From contig CABQIM010000001.1 in the NCBI GenBank assembly GCA_902464375.1, positions 1,567-65,566 on the forward strand: a DNA stretch of 64,000 nt, given 5' to 3'. The notes below the pieces were generated by a model that saw nothing but the letters and a program-made list of their open reading frames with translations, made no database searches and was not told the origin of the DNA. Source of the stretch: an uncultured bacterium (lineage in GTDB: Bacteria; Cyanobacteriota; Vampirovibrionia; Gastranaerophilales; Gastranaerophilaceae). The position numbers and the translations under genes were made by a program. Below are positions 45,623-55,698 of this stretch, one piece after another; within the stretch, counting starts at the first letter, position 1, and every line of letters begins with the position of its first letter.

Positions 45623-47040
45623 TGATAAATATTGATTGTATTACACTTAAACATTTTTTTGAAGAAAACATTGATTTTATAATCGGAGCAAGACTCCAAA
45701 AGATTCAACAACCTACAAGAAGGGATTTTGTACTTTCACTCAGAAATAATGGTGAAGGAAGAAAATTATACATAAACATTTCTCCGCAGACATATCACAT
45801 ATGTTTTATGTCGAAAGACAACGAAGAAAAACGAAACTTAGCAATTCCTAAACATCCTCCAATGTTTTGTATGTTGCTAAGAAAGTATTTAGAAGGCTGC
45901 CGAATTGCTGATGCGCTAGTCGTTGAAAACGAGAGAATTATTGAATTTCATTTTGAAACGATGGATGAACTGTCGCAAAAGCGTTCACTTTGTTTGTGTG
46001 TTGAACTTATGGGAAAACACTCAAATGTAATCTTATATGATAGAGAAAATTCGATTATTATCGGTTGCGCTCACAATGTCGGAGTAGAAAAAAGCCGATA
46101 TAGAGAACTTCAAGGCGGATTAAAATATATTTATCCTCCAACAAGCCCCAATATACCAACAGAAAGTTTATTGGCTAAACTTAACCAAACAAACTTACCT
46201 GCAAATAGTGTAATTGATGATTATTACGCGAATTTACAAGAAGAAAATAACATAAAAAATGAGCGCCATAGACTTTTGGCAATTGTTAATCCGAAGCTAA
46301 AGAAGGTAAAAGGTTCTATTGATAAAATTACCGTTCTTTTAAAAAAACGCGATAATACAGAAAAATATAAACTTTACGGAGAGCTTTTAACGGCAAATTT
46401 ATACCAGAAAAAAGATTATCAGAAAAATATTGAAGTTTTTGATTATATAAACAATCAAAATATCACAATTGAACTTGATGAAACAAAAACGCTTAATGAA
46501 AATGCACAAAGGTATTTTAAGCTTTATACAAAATCAAAAATAACCAAAGAAAAATCTTTTGAAATGTTAAATGGCTTAAATATGGAAAAAGATTATCTGG
46601 AAAACTTGATTTATAGTATTGAAGAAGCCAAAAACATAAAAGATTTTGAAGAAATTAAAGCTGAATTACAACTAGATGAAATTAAGCCTAAAAAACAAGA
46701 AAAATCAGAACTGCTAAAACTAAATATTAATGGATTTGATGTTTTTGTCGGCAGAAATAATAAGCAAAATGATTATATTATTTCTAAGCTTGCTAAAGAT
46801 GAGGATATCTGGTTCCATGCAAGATTATGCGCTGGCTCACACGTATTACTTAAATTTAATGGCATTCAACCAGGCGAAGAAGTCTTATTTGAATGTTGTA
46901 AACTTGCACGCGAATATTCATCTGCAAAACAGCCATCTAAGGTCGGAATAATTTATACACAAGCAAAATATTTGCGCAAACCTCCGGCTGCACCATTAGG
47001 GTATGTTACATATAAAAATGAAAAAGAAGTTTTAGTGTAA
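45622..47040 (+). CDS. rqcH: Ribosome quality control protein RqcH/NFACT (FbpA) family
   Basis: PPMFCMLLRKYL, ERII, ELMGKHSN, ENAQRYFKLY.K, VGRNNKQND, WFHA...GSHV. Confidence 0.88.
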   Translation: MINIDCITLKHFFEENIDFIIGARLQKIQQPTRRDFVLSLRNNGEGRKLYINISPQTYHICFMSKDNEEKRNLAIPKHPPMFCMLLRKYLEGCRIADALVVENERIIEFHFETMDELSQKRSLCLCVELMGKHSNVILYDRENSIIIGCAHNVGVEKSRYRELQGGLKYIYPPTSPNIPTESLLAKLNQTNLPANSVIDDYYANLQEENNIKNERHRLLAIVNPKLKKVKGSIDKITVLLKKRDNTEKYKLYGELLTANLYQKKDYQKNIEVFDYINNQNITIELDETKTLNENAQRYFKLYTKSKITKEKSFEMLNGLNMEKDYLENLIYSIEEAKNIKDFEEIKAELQLDEIKPKKQEKSELLKLNINGFDVFVGRNNKQNDYIISKLAKDEDIWFHARLCAGSHVLLKFNGIQPGEEVLFECCKLAREYSSAKQPSKVGIIYTQAKYLRKPPAAPLGYVTYKNEKEVLV

Positions 47041-47186
47041 TTTGCTTTATTTTTGTAACAAATTGTTACGCAAAACAAGAAAAAGTGTAAAATATACAAA
47101 TTTTTTGTTTTTTATAGTAATATATAGAAGTTAGTAAAAGTTATTAATTGATGCGAATAGCATCTTTGGAAAAGGAGGCACATGAA

Positions 47187-47645
47187 TTGACAATTGTATC
47201 ATCTTCACTTGACGAGCTAGAAAAACAAAACTTGGACAGAGTAAACTTAGGACAACACGTTCTTGCAGAATTTTTTGAATGTGATCCAAATATATTAAAT
47301 AGTAATGATAAAGTAGAAAAGTACATGATAGAAGCTGCTCTTGAGTGCGGTGCGACAATCGTTCAAAAGTGCTTTCATATGTTTAATCCATATGGCGTTA
47401 GCGGTGTAGTTATTATTTCTGAAAGCCACTTGGCAATTCATACTTGGCCAGAATTAGGTTATGCTGCTGTTGACTTATTCACTTGCGGTACAAAATGTGA
47501 CCCTAAAGTTGCTTATGAATTCTTGAAAAAGAAATTCAACTCTAAAAAAGCTTCTTTTACAGAACTAAAAAGAGGTATCATTGATAGAGAAACCTTAAAA
47601 TTGGCTGAACAACCTTTTGAAATTGCAGAACAATTTGAAGAATAA
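47187..47645 (+). CDS. speD: S-adenosylmethionine decarboxylase proenzyme
   Basis: LGQH, FNPYGVSGV, ISESHLAIHTWPE, DLFTCG; AGGAGG 8 nt before TTG 47187. Confidence 0.92.
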   Translation: MTIVSSSLDELEKQNLDRVNLGQHVLAEFFECDPNILNSNDKVEKYMIEAALECGATIVQKCFHMFNPYGVSGVVIISESHLAIHTWPELGYAAVDLFTCGTKCDPKVAYEFLKKKFNSKKASFTELKRGIIDRETLKLAEQPFEIAEQFEE

Positions 47646-47661
47646 TAATTTATATAATAAC

Positions 47662-47700
47662 AAAACAAAGAGGCTTGCAGTGGCAAGCCTCTTTGTTTTT
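47662..47700 (+). terminator. Intrinsic terminator after speD
   Basis: 17-bp stem AAAACAAAGAGGCTTGC/GCAAGCCTCTTTGTTTT. Confidence 0.85.
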
Positions 47701-47766
47701 TACAGAAATGCAATCTTTCTTTACATTATAGCAATTTTAGTAAATTTATTGTTTTATATATAATGT

Positions 47767-50541
47767 ATGGTTATGAAAGTTGGTAATATTCAAAGCGTAT
47801 TTTTTAGGGGTAAAACTGACACTAAAAAAGATGTTCAATCTAATGTCACTTACCCGCAAATTCGTGAGTTATCTGGTATAACTCCGGATTTTAGCGTGAA
47901 ATTACCACAACAATACACAAAATTACCTACCGTAGAATTAGATAATGGGTTAAAAATACACCAATACAAACTTGCGAACGGATATAGAGTATCCGTCGTA
48001 CCAATGGAAAATTCTCCTGCTGTTGTAAAAAGCTACGTTAATGTAGGCTCTATGAATGAGACTGGTGACATAAAAGGAATTAGCCACTTTTTAGAACACA
48101 TGGCTTTCAATGGCACAAATGGTGAAAATGGACATGAGAAATTAGAAGTCGGAGATTCTTTCAAAAAGATTGATGAACTTGGCGGTTGGGCTAATGCAAG
48201 TACTAATTATGCTATAACAGATTATGTAAATTCGACTCCGCAGCTTGGAGATAATGATTTGGAGAAACAAATCAAAATTATTGCTGCAATGGGAGAAGAT
48301 TTAAAACTATCTGATGATATGATTGCAAAAGAGAAGCATCCGGTTTGCTCTGAAATCAACATGATACTCGATGACCCACAAACTATTGCAATGGATCAGA
48401 CAGTTAGAACATTATTTAATATCAAGAATCCTGCAGATGAGTTAGTTGGCGGCAGCGTCAAGCATATCAAAAATTTAACAAGAAAAGATGTAGTAGATTA
48501 TTATAACAAGTACTACACGCCTGATAATATGAATATCGTTGTTACTGGTGATGTTAATCCGGAAGAAGTCATAAAGCTTGTTGCAAAAAATTTCAACTCT
48601 AATAAAAAGCCACAGGGAGGTAAGTTTGTCGAAAAATTAAGCCCTATCGAAAAGACCGTAAGAAAAGATTTTGTTAATGATAAAGCAAAATCTACAGAAG
48701 TAATTCTTGGTTTTGCAGGTCCTAGAAGTAATAATGCCAGAGAAAAAGTCATCTTTGATGTTGCAAAGGCTTATTTAATGTCATATTCAGTAGGATTAAG
48801 GCAGAATTTAAAACAATATAATGCTCATCCTTACATTGATAGCGAAAAAATCAGTACCAATTTATATGAACCAAATATGGCTTATATAGCTTGTAACACT
48901 GCAGATAATAATTCAGAAAAAGTTTTGCATACAATTTTTGATGCAATATCATCTGCACCAAAACCTGATACAGAAGTTTTGAAAGAAATTAAACAGCGAA
49001 TATTAAAAGCCAAAGAAAATGCAATGGAATTCTCGTCAGATGTTAATAACATCGTTGGAAACGCAGTTTTGAACCAAAATTTAGATTACATATCTAACTA
49101 TAACAGCATATTAGCAAGTATTACACCAGAAGATGTTCAAGATGGTGTAAAAAAATACTTTGACATTAATAAGACAGCTATAACTCTTGTACACCCGCAA
49201 CAAACAAATGCACCAACTTTTAAAGGTAAAACTAATCGTAAACCGATAAATACAAATAATATTAAGGAATGCAAATTAGATAATAATTACAATTTGGGAT
49301 TGTGTAAAACTAAAAATAATAATATTCAGTACAATTTGGATTTACAATTGAATAAACCATACAACAAAAAAGCCGGTGTTATTGAAGTTTTTGATATGAT
49401 GCTGGGAATGGGAACTGCATCTAAAGACGAAAATGAATTCAGCAGATTCAAAGAAAAAAATAATTTAAGTTTAGTTAGCAGCGTGACTTCTAAAAGCTTA
49501 AATTTAGTTTCTACAGCAGGATTTGAAGGTCGAAAGTTAGCTTACGAGAACCTAAAACAGCTTCTTTATGAACCAAGACTTACAGAAGAAAATCTAGCTA
49601 AAGCAAAAGAAAAAATTAGAGATTTTATAACTAGAAAACAAGATAGCGCATATGGATTATATTTGAATGCAGATGCGAAAAATAATCCATATGATTTTTC
49701 AGATACCGAAATCTTAAATAATTTAAATAACATCACTTTAGCAGATATAAAAGATTGTCAACAATACTTTTTAGAAAATGCTAGAGGTGTAATTACAGCG
49801 AATGTTCCGACAGAACATCCGGAAATAGAAGCAGAAGTTGTAGAGTTTTCTAGTGGATTAAATAGAGTTAAACCAAATAATATTGAATTAGTAAATGTTT
49901 ATAATCCAAACAGCAAGCCTATTGTATTGAGCAAAGTAAACAACAATTCTCAGGCTGATATAATGATGGTTCACAAGTTTAAACGCGAAAACTCTATTAA
50001 GGATTCAGTTCTTGGAGAACTTACAAATTCTATTCTTACAAATTCCAGCATTGGGCTATTTAATGTCTTAAGAGAAAAAGAACATTTAGCATATTCTGTT
50101 TACTCAAATATAGAAAAAAATGGTGATTTGGGTGAAATTTCTTGCAACATATTAACAACAACCGATAATAAAGATATTGGTGAAATTTCTTATGAGAATG
50201 TTCAAAAGTCGATTGATGGCTTCAAAAAGCAGATTAATGAATTAAAGTCTGGTAAGTTTACCGAACAAGATTTAAAGAATGCAAAATTGAGTTTGAAAGC
50301 TAATCTTCTCCAAATGGAAGGAACTGACGCCAAATTGGGCACACTTAATTTAGGTTTAAATTCAAAATATGGAATAACTTATTCTAATCAACTTTATGAC
50401 GAGATTGATAAAATTACAAAAGATGACATTTTGAATTATGCAGATAAAATATTCAAAAATCCGCCAATATACTCTATTGTAGCAAGTAAAGATACCCTAG
50501 AGAACAATAAAGATTATTTGGACGAAATTAAAGAGGCATAG
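47767..50541 (+). CDS. M16 (pitrilysin/processing peptidase) family zinc protease with N-terminal extension
   Basis: VGSMNE..GISHFLEHMAFNG (HxxEH), NAST, YYTPDNM, LFNVLRE..LAYS. Confidence 0.9.
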   Translation: MVMKVGNIQSVFFRGKTDTKKDVQSNVTYPQIRELSGITPDFSVKLPQQYTKLPTVELDNGLKIHQYKLANGYRVSVVPMENSPAVVKSYVNVGSMNETGDIKGISHFLEHMAFNGTNGENGHEKLEVGDSFKKIDELGGWANASTNYAITDYVNSTPQLGDNDLEKQIKIIAAMGEDLKLSDDMIAKEKHPVCSEINMILDDPQTIAMDQTVRTLFNIKNPADELVGGSVKHIKNLTRKDVVDYYNKYYTPDNMNIVVTGDVNPEEVIKLVAKNFNSNKKPQGGKFVEKLSPIEKTVRKDFVNDKAKSTEVILGFAGPRSNNAREKVIFDVAKAYLMSYSVGLRQNLKQYNAHPYIDSEKISTNLYEPNMAYIACNTADNNSEKVLHTIFDAISSAPKPDTEVLKEIKQRILKAKENAMEFSSDVNNIVGNAVLNQNLDYISNYNSILASITPEDVQDGVKKYFDINKTAITLVHPQQTNAPTFKGKTNRKPINTNNIKECKLDNNYNLGLCKTKNNNIQYNLDLQLNKPYNKKAGVIEVFDMMLGMGTASKDENEFSRFKEKNNLSLVSSVTSKSLNLVSTAGFEGRKLAYENLKQLLYEPRLTEENLAKAKEKIRDFITRKQDSAYGLYLNADAKNNPYDFSDTEILNNLNNITLADIKDCQQYFLENARGVITANVPTEHPEIEAEVVEFSSGLNRVKPNNIELVNVYNPNSKPIVLSKVNNNSQADIMMVHKFKRENSIKDSVLGELTNSILTNSSIGLFNVLREKEHLAYSVYSNIEKNGDLGEISCNILTTTDNKDIGEISYENVQKSIDGFKKQINELKSGKFTEQDLKNAKLSLKANLLQMEGTDAKLGTLNLGLNSKYGITYSNQLYDEIDKITKDDILNYADKIFKNPPIYSIVASKDTLENNKDYLDEIKEA

Positions 50542-50584
50542 TTAAAATAATAACTATGCCTCTAATCATCTATATCTCTACAAA

Positions 50585-53257
50585 TTATTTTAAAGATTCA
50601 ATCAAATCTTCAATAACTTTTTGTTGAGCAGAAATTTCAGCAATTCTCGCATTGGTTTGTTCAACAAGTTCTTTAGGAGCATTTGCAACAAACTTTTCGT
50701 TCTTCATTCTGCCTTCAAGAGAATTCTTTTCATTTGTCAATTTGTCCAATTTTTTCTCTTGACGTTTGATTTCTGATTCCAAATCAATCAAATCAGCTAG
50801 CGGAACAATTAGTTTTGAAGCTGAAACAACAGCAGTTGCAGATTTTGGAGGCACTGGAGCATCCATTTGAGCATAACTTATGTTGTTAACTTTTGCTAAT
50901 CTATGGATATATGGTTCGATTTCTGTAAAAATATCTTTTTCTGCTTTATCAGCTCTGATTTCAACATCAACAGTTGCAGAAGTTGGAATATTGAAGCTTT
51001 GTCTTACGTTTCTCAAAGATGTGATTGTATCAAATACAAGCTTCATTTCTACAGCTTCTTTAGGGAAGCTCAAACCTTCTTCATATACCGGATATTTTGC
51101 GATAATCAAAGCTTCCGGTGCATCAACATCACTACCAAATCCACTTACACCCTTAACTCCTTGCCATACTTGTTCGGTAATATGTGGCATAATAGGATGA
51201 AGCATTCTCAATGACATATCAAGAACGTATCTCAAAACTCTTTGAGTGTTCATTTTTAATTCAGGATCTTGAAGTTGAATTTTAGCAATTTCAACATACC
51301 AGTCACAGTATTCACTACGGAAGAAATCATATAGAGTGTGAGCGATTTCACCAATTCTATACTCTTTCATATTCTCATTAACTGTTTTTGCGGTTTCATT
51401 AAGTTGGTTCAAAATCCATTTATCAACAAGTGTTAATTTAGACTTATCAATTGGCTGGTTATCAACACCTTCAAGGTTCATAAGTACAAATCTTGAAGCA
51501 TTCCAAAGTTTATTTGCGAAATTTCTTCCATATTCAAATCTTTCGTCAGAAACCTTGATATCTTGACCACCATAAGTACAAAGAGATGTCATTGTAAATC
51601 TCAAAGCATCACAGCCGTATTTATCAATGATTTGTACAGGGTCAATAGTGTTGCCTTTTGATTTAGACATCTTTTGACCTTTTTCATCTCTAATAAGACC
51701 GTGGATATAGACTTTTGAGAATGGTGCCTTACCAGTGAATTCCAAACCCATTGTAATCATTCTTGCAACCCAGAAAAAGATAATATCAAAACCGGTTACA
51801 AGAACTGATGTTGGATAGAATTTTTTGAAATCATCTGTTTCGGCATTAGGAAATCCCATTGTTGAGAATGGCCACAAACCTGATGAGAACCAAGTATCAA
51901 GACAATCACTGTCTTGTACATAATTTTCAGGATCTGGATTTTCCTTAGCTACAACCATTTCACCTGTTACTTTATGATAATAAGCTGGTATTTGATGTCC
52001 CCACCATAATTGTCTTGAAATACACCAATCTCTGATATTTTCCATCCAGCCTAAATAGTTCTTTTCCCATCTTTCAGGTATAAATTCTATTCTGCCGTCT
52101 TTTACTGCTGCAATTGCTTCTTTAGCAAGTGGAGCCATTTTTACAAACCATTGTTCAGAAAGAAGCGGTTCAATAGTTGTGTTACATCTTTGACATTTAC
52201 CAACATTGTGTTCGTGGTCTTTCACACGCAACAAGAAATTGTTGTAGCTTAGCATATCAACAATCTTCTTACGAGCTTCATATCTATCAAGACCTTGATA
52301 TTCAAGAGGTACTTCAGCACAAGCCTTCATTTTGCCTTCTTCATCAAGAACCCAAATAGGTTTAAAGTTATGACGTTTACCAACTTCATAATCGTTAGGA
52401 TCGTGTGCAGGAGTGATTTTTACAGCACCTGTACCGAATGACTTATCTACATATTCATCAGCAATAATAGGTATTTGACGACCTGAAAGCGGAATCATTA
52501 CAGTTTTGCCGATTAATTCTGAATATTTTTTATCAGAAGGGTGAACCGCAATCGCAACATCACCAAACATAGTTTCAGGACGCGTTGTTGCAACAATAAT
52601 TGCACCTGATTCTCCAACAAGTGGATAAGAAATTTCCCACATATGTCCTTGTTCTGTTTCGTATTCTGTTTCGATATCAGAAATTGCAGATTGACAACGA
52701 GGGCACCAGTTTACAATATATGCACCTTTATAAATTAATCCTTTGTTATAAAGAGTAACAAAAACTTCTTTTACAGCTTCTGAACAGCCTTCATCAAAAG
52801 TGAATCTTTCTCTTGAACGGTCAAAAGATGCACCCAATCTTCTAAATTGGTTTAGAATTGCAGATTTATGTTCATTTGCCCATTTCCATGTGCGTTTCAA
52901 GAATTCTTCTCTACCGATATCGTGACGAGTTAAGCCTTCTTTTCTAAGCTGTTTTTCGACAACTGCTTGAGTTGCAATACCAGCGTGGTCAGTACCCGGA
53001 AGCCAAAGAGCCTCATAACCGCTCATTCTGTGATAACGAGTTAAAATATCTTGTAAAGTTCCATCTAGTGCGTGTCCCATGTGCAAAACACCGGTAACAT
53101 TTGGTGGTGGTATTACAATTGTGAAAGGTGGCTTCTTAGAATGTGCATCAGCTTTAAAATAACCGCCATCTTCCCAAAATTTATACATCTTTTCTTCTGT
53201 AGATTTAGCATCATAAACAGTTGGCAAATCTTCAATTTTTATCTTTGTTTCTGTCAT
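50585..53257 (-). CDS. valS: Valine--tRNA ligase
   Basis: PPPNVTGVLHMGH, DWCISRQLWWGH, KMSKS, C-terminal coiled coil. Confidence 0.97.
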   Translation of the reverse strand: MTETKIKIEDLPTVYDAKSTEEKMYKFWEDGGYFKADAHSKKPPFTIVIPPPNVTGVLHMGHALDGTLQDILTRYHRMSGYEALWLPGTDHAGIATQAVVEKQLRKEGLTRHDIGREEFLKRTWKWANEHKSAILNQFRRLGASFDRSRERFTFDEGCSEAVKEVFVTLYNKGLIYKGAYIVNWCPRCQSAISDIETEYETEQGHMWEISYPLVGESGAIIVATTRPETMFGDVAIAVHPSDKKYSELIGKTVMIPLSGRQIPIIADEYVDKSFGTGAVKITPAHDPNDYEVGKRHNFKPIWVLDEEGKMKACAEVPLEYQGLDRYEARKKIVDMLSYNNFLLRVKDHEHNVGKCQRCNTTIEPLLSEQWFVKMAPLAKEAIAAVKDGRIEFIPERWEKNYLGWMENIRDWCISRQLWWGHQIPAYYHKVTGEMVVAKENPDPENYVQDSDCLDTWFSSGLWPFSTMGFPNAETDDFKKFYPTSVLVTGFDIIFFWVARMITMGLEFTGKAPFSKVYIHGLIRDEKGQKMSKSKGNTIDPVQIIDKYGCDALRFTMTSLCTYGGQDIKVSDERFEYGRNFANKLWNASRFVLMNLEGVDNQPIDKSKLTLVDKWILNQLNETAKTVNENMKEYRIGEIAHTLYDFFRSEYCDWYVEIAKIQLQDPELKMNTQRVLRYVLDMSLRMLHPIMPHITEQVWQGVKGVSGFGSDVDAPEALIIAKYPVYEEGLSFPKEAVEMKLVFDTITSLRNVRQSFNIPTSATVDVEIRADKAEKDIFTEIEPYIHRLAKVNNISYAQMDAPVPPKSATAVVSASKLIVPLADLIDLESEIKRQEKKLDKLTNEKNSLEGRMKNEKFVANAPKELVEQTNARIAEISAQQKVIEDLIESLK

Positions 53258-53357
53258 ATTAATCCCTCGCTCGTGTAAATATAACAATAGAGTAACATAA
53301 AAATAAAAGTATTAAAATAACCGATGACTTTTTTCAAATTATTGTTATAATATCTTT

Positions 53358-53858
53358 ATGAAGATTTTTAAACGAGCTTTAATTTTATTATTTGCATTTT
53401 TTTGTCTAACTCCTGTTTTAGCAGAAGAATTCACACTAAAAGCCGGAGTATCAGTTAATGATATACCCAAAGCTTTCTTTGGCAGTTGGAGGGTTATAGC
53501 AAAATTAGAAGATTCAAACAGCTATGGTACTTTTAAACCACAGAGTATAGATTTTTGGACACTATCAAGAGTCGGAGACAAAGTAACTTTATCAAATCCA
53601 TTCACAGGTGCTAACGCAGAAGTATCTCTTAAAACGGTTGAAGGAAATTTGATAGTTTTTTCAAAAAAAGCCCCATATGATAATAAAATATTAACAGACA
53701 CAATTACCCTAAGACTTTCGGACAACAACTTTAGCGGAATAAATACTTTGAGTCTTGAATCATACTCGCTTGTTGATAATCACCTTATGAAAACAGAAAC
53801 AGCAAGGTATGTTATTAAAGGTGAAAAAATTTCCGGAGAAAGTGTTTTAGGGAAATAG
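53358..53858 (+). CDS. Secreted beta-rich hypothetical protein
   Basis: Signal peptide (VLA-E), FFGSWRV. Confidence 0.7.
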   Translation: MKIFKRALILLFAFFCLTPVLAEEFTLKAGVSVNDIPKAFFGSWRVIAKLEDSNSYGTFKPQSIDFWTLSRVGDKVTLSNPFTGANAEVSLKTVEGNLIVFSKKAPYDNKILTDTITLRLSDNNFSGINTLSLESYSLVDNHLMKTETARYVIKGEKISGESVLGK

Positions 53859-53905
53859 ACCCTACTTAATAATTTGACACATCTTTCTTTTAGCGGTATT
53901 CTGAA

Positions 53906-55147
53906 ATGGTTATGAAAAAGTCGGGATGGGTTAAGTTTACACTAATATTATTAGGAGCACTATTTTATTTTGTTGCGAATTTTCAAAGAATAGCAATTCC
54001 TGGGGCAGTTTTTGATGTCTTACAACAGGAATTATCCGTAACTGCTCCATATATAACTGCGTTTGGCGCAATATTTATGTATATTTATGCGTTCAACCAG
54101 CTTGTAATAGGAGTTCTGGTTGATAGATTCGGTGGCTTAAGAGTAATGTTCGCAGGCGGCGCTATCCTTGGACTCGGTGCATTGTTATTTCCGATTTCAT
54201 CAAATTTACCTTTGATGTATTTTTCAAGAGTCCTTGTAGGACTTGGTGGTAGTACTTTTTACCTAAGTTTGATTAGAGAATTAAGAGAATTTTTCTCAGA
54301 TAAAAACTTTGGGATTGCGATTTCCGTAATGCTTTGTATCGGTTATTGCGGTGGCATTGCCGCAAATGCACCATTCGTATTTATGATGCAATATATTAAC
54401 TGGAAAGAAATTCTACTTGTAATAGGCGGTATTGTTGCAGCTGGAGTATTATTATTCGCACTTCTTTCGACAAAAATTAAATTTCCAGAAATTAACGAAA
54501 ATGTAAAATTAAGAACATTACCATTCCGATTAGTTTTGCATAAAAAACACAACAGAAATTTATTCAGTTTTGCTTGCTGCAATTTCGGAATATCATACGC
54601 TATTCAAGCTATAATCGGGAAAAAGTTTTTAGAAGATTTTTGTATGATGGCACCTTCAAAAGCTTCTGTTGTTCTATCTATAATGGCAGTCATCGCTGCG
54701 ATTTTTAATATAATTAACGCTTCTTTCTGCAAAATGTGCCACAACCATAGAGTTATGTTTTTAAAAAATGCTTCTGTTATAACATTTATAAGCTTATTAA
54801 TAATATGTTTATGTTTGATATTTAATATACGAACCGGATACATTGCCCTTATATTCTTTGTTCTAGCTGGAAATGCAAGTCTAACATCTCTTTTAGTACC
54901 GGTTCTGCACCTTACAAATAGGAAAATGGTATCCGGTACGGCAGTTAGCATTATGAACTTCTGTTTCTTTATGATGGTGGGTTTTTTAGGCACTGCAATG
55001 GGATTTTTGCTAAACTTATTTACTCCGGAAAAAGTCGGCAATGTAATTGTTTACTCAAACAAATCATACTTAGCAGTATTCGGAATGTTTTTCTTGATAA
55101 GCGTATTTGAATTATACAAGGCAAGAAAACTTTCCAACAAATATTAG
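53906..55147 (+). CDS. MFS transporter
   Basis: NFQR, GVLVDRFGGLR motif A, about 12 TM. Confidence 0.85.
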   Translation: MVMKKSGWVKFTLILLGALFYFVANFQRIAIPGAVFDVLQQELSVTAPYITAFGAIFMYIYAFNQLVIGVLVDRFGGLRVMFAGGAILGLGALLFPISSNLPLMYFSRVLVGLGGSTFYLSLIRELREFFSDKNFGIAISVMLCIGYCGGIAANAPFVFMMQYINWKEILLVIGGIVAAGVLLFALLSTKIKFPEINENVKLRTLPFRLVLHKKHNRNLFSFACCNFGISYAIQAIIGKKFLEDFCMMAPSKASVVLSIMAVIAAIFNIINASFCKMCHNHRVMFLKNASVITFISLLIICLCLIFNIRTGYIALIFFVLAGNASLTSLLVPVLHLTNRKMVSGTAVSIMNFCFFMMVGFLGTAMGFLLNLFTPEKVGNVIVYSNKSYLAVFGMFFLISVFELYKARKLSNKY

Positions 55148-55698
55148 CCCAAATTTTTTATAAGTTCTAAAACTTGTGCTTTTAAATCTTCTTTTGAAGA
55201 ATTGTTATTTAAAACAAAGTCGGATTTTTTAATTTTATCTTCTTGTGGAAGTTGAGAGTCCATGCGTTTTTTGGCATACTCTTCTGTATAATTATTTCTT
55301 TTTATAAGACGTTGAAGCCTTAAATTATCGTCACATTGAACAAAAACAATTTTGTCAAACAAAGTTTCAAAACCTGTTTCAAAAAGAAGCGGAATAGATA
55401 TAAAAATAATATTTTTGTTTGATGAAGGTGCTATAAGCCCCGCAATATTTTTCTCTGTTTCAATTCCATTAAACACATTAATAATTTCTTGCTTGACTTT
55501 GGGGTGTATAAATTCCTCTAACTCTTTTAAAGCCTTCGGGTTTGAAAATACTTTTTCACCAAGAGCTTTTCTATCGACGTTTCCAAGAATAGCATGAGCA
55601 ATTTTATCAACATCATATACAGGATAAAATTGTGAAACGATTTTTTCTACTTCAGACTTTCCTGACGCAATATTACCCGTTATCGCAACTTTTAGCAT
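55144..55698 (-). CDS. coaE: Dephospho-CoA kinase
   Basis: ITGNIASGKS, DR..L...VF, IHP.V, IPLLFE, SQLP. Confidence 0.9.
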   Translation of the reverse strand: MLKVAITGNIASGKSEVEKIVSQFYPVYDVDKIAHAILGNVDRKALGEKVFSNPKALKELEEFIHPKVKQEIINVFNGIETEKNIAGLIAPSSNKNIIFISIPLLFETGFETLFDKIVFVQCDDNLRLQRLIKRNNYTEEYAKKRMDSQLPQEDKIKKSDFVLNNNSSKEDLKAQVLELIKNLG

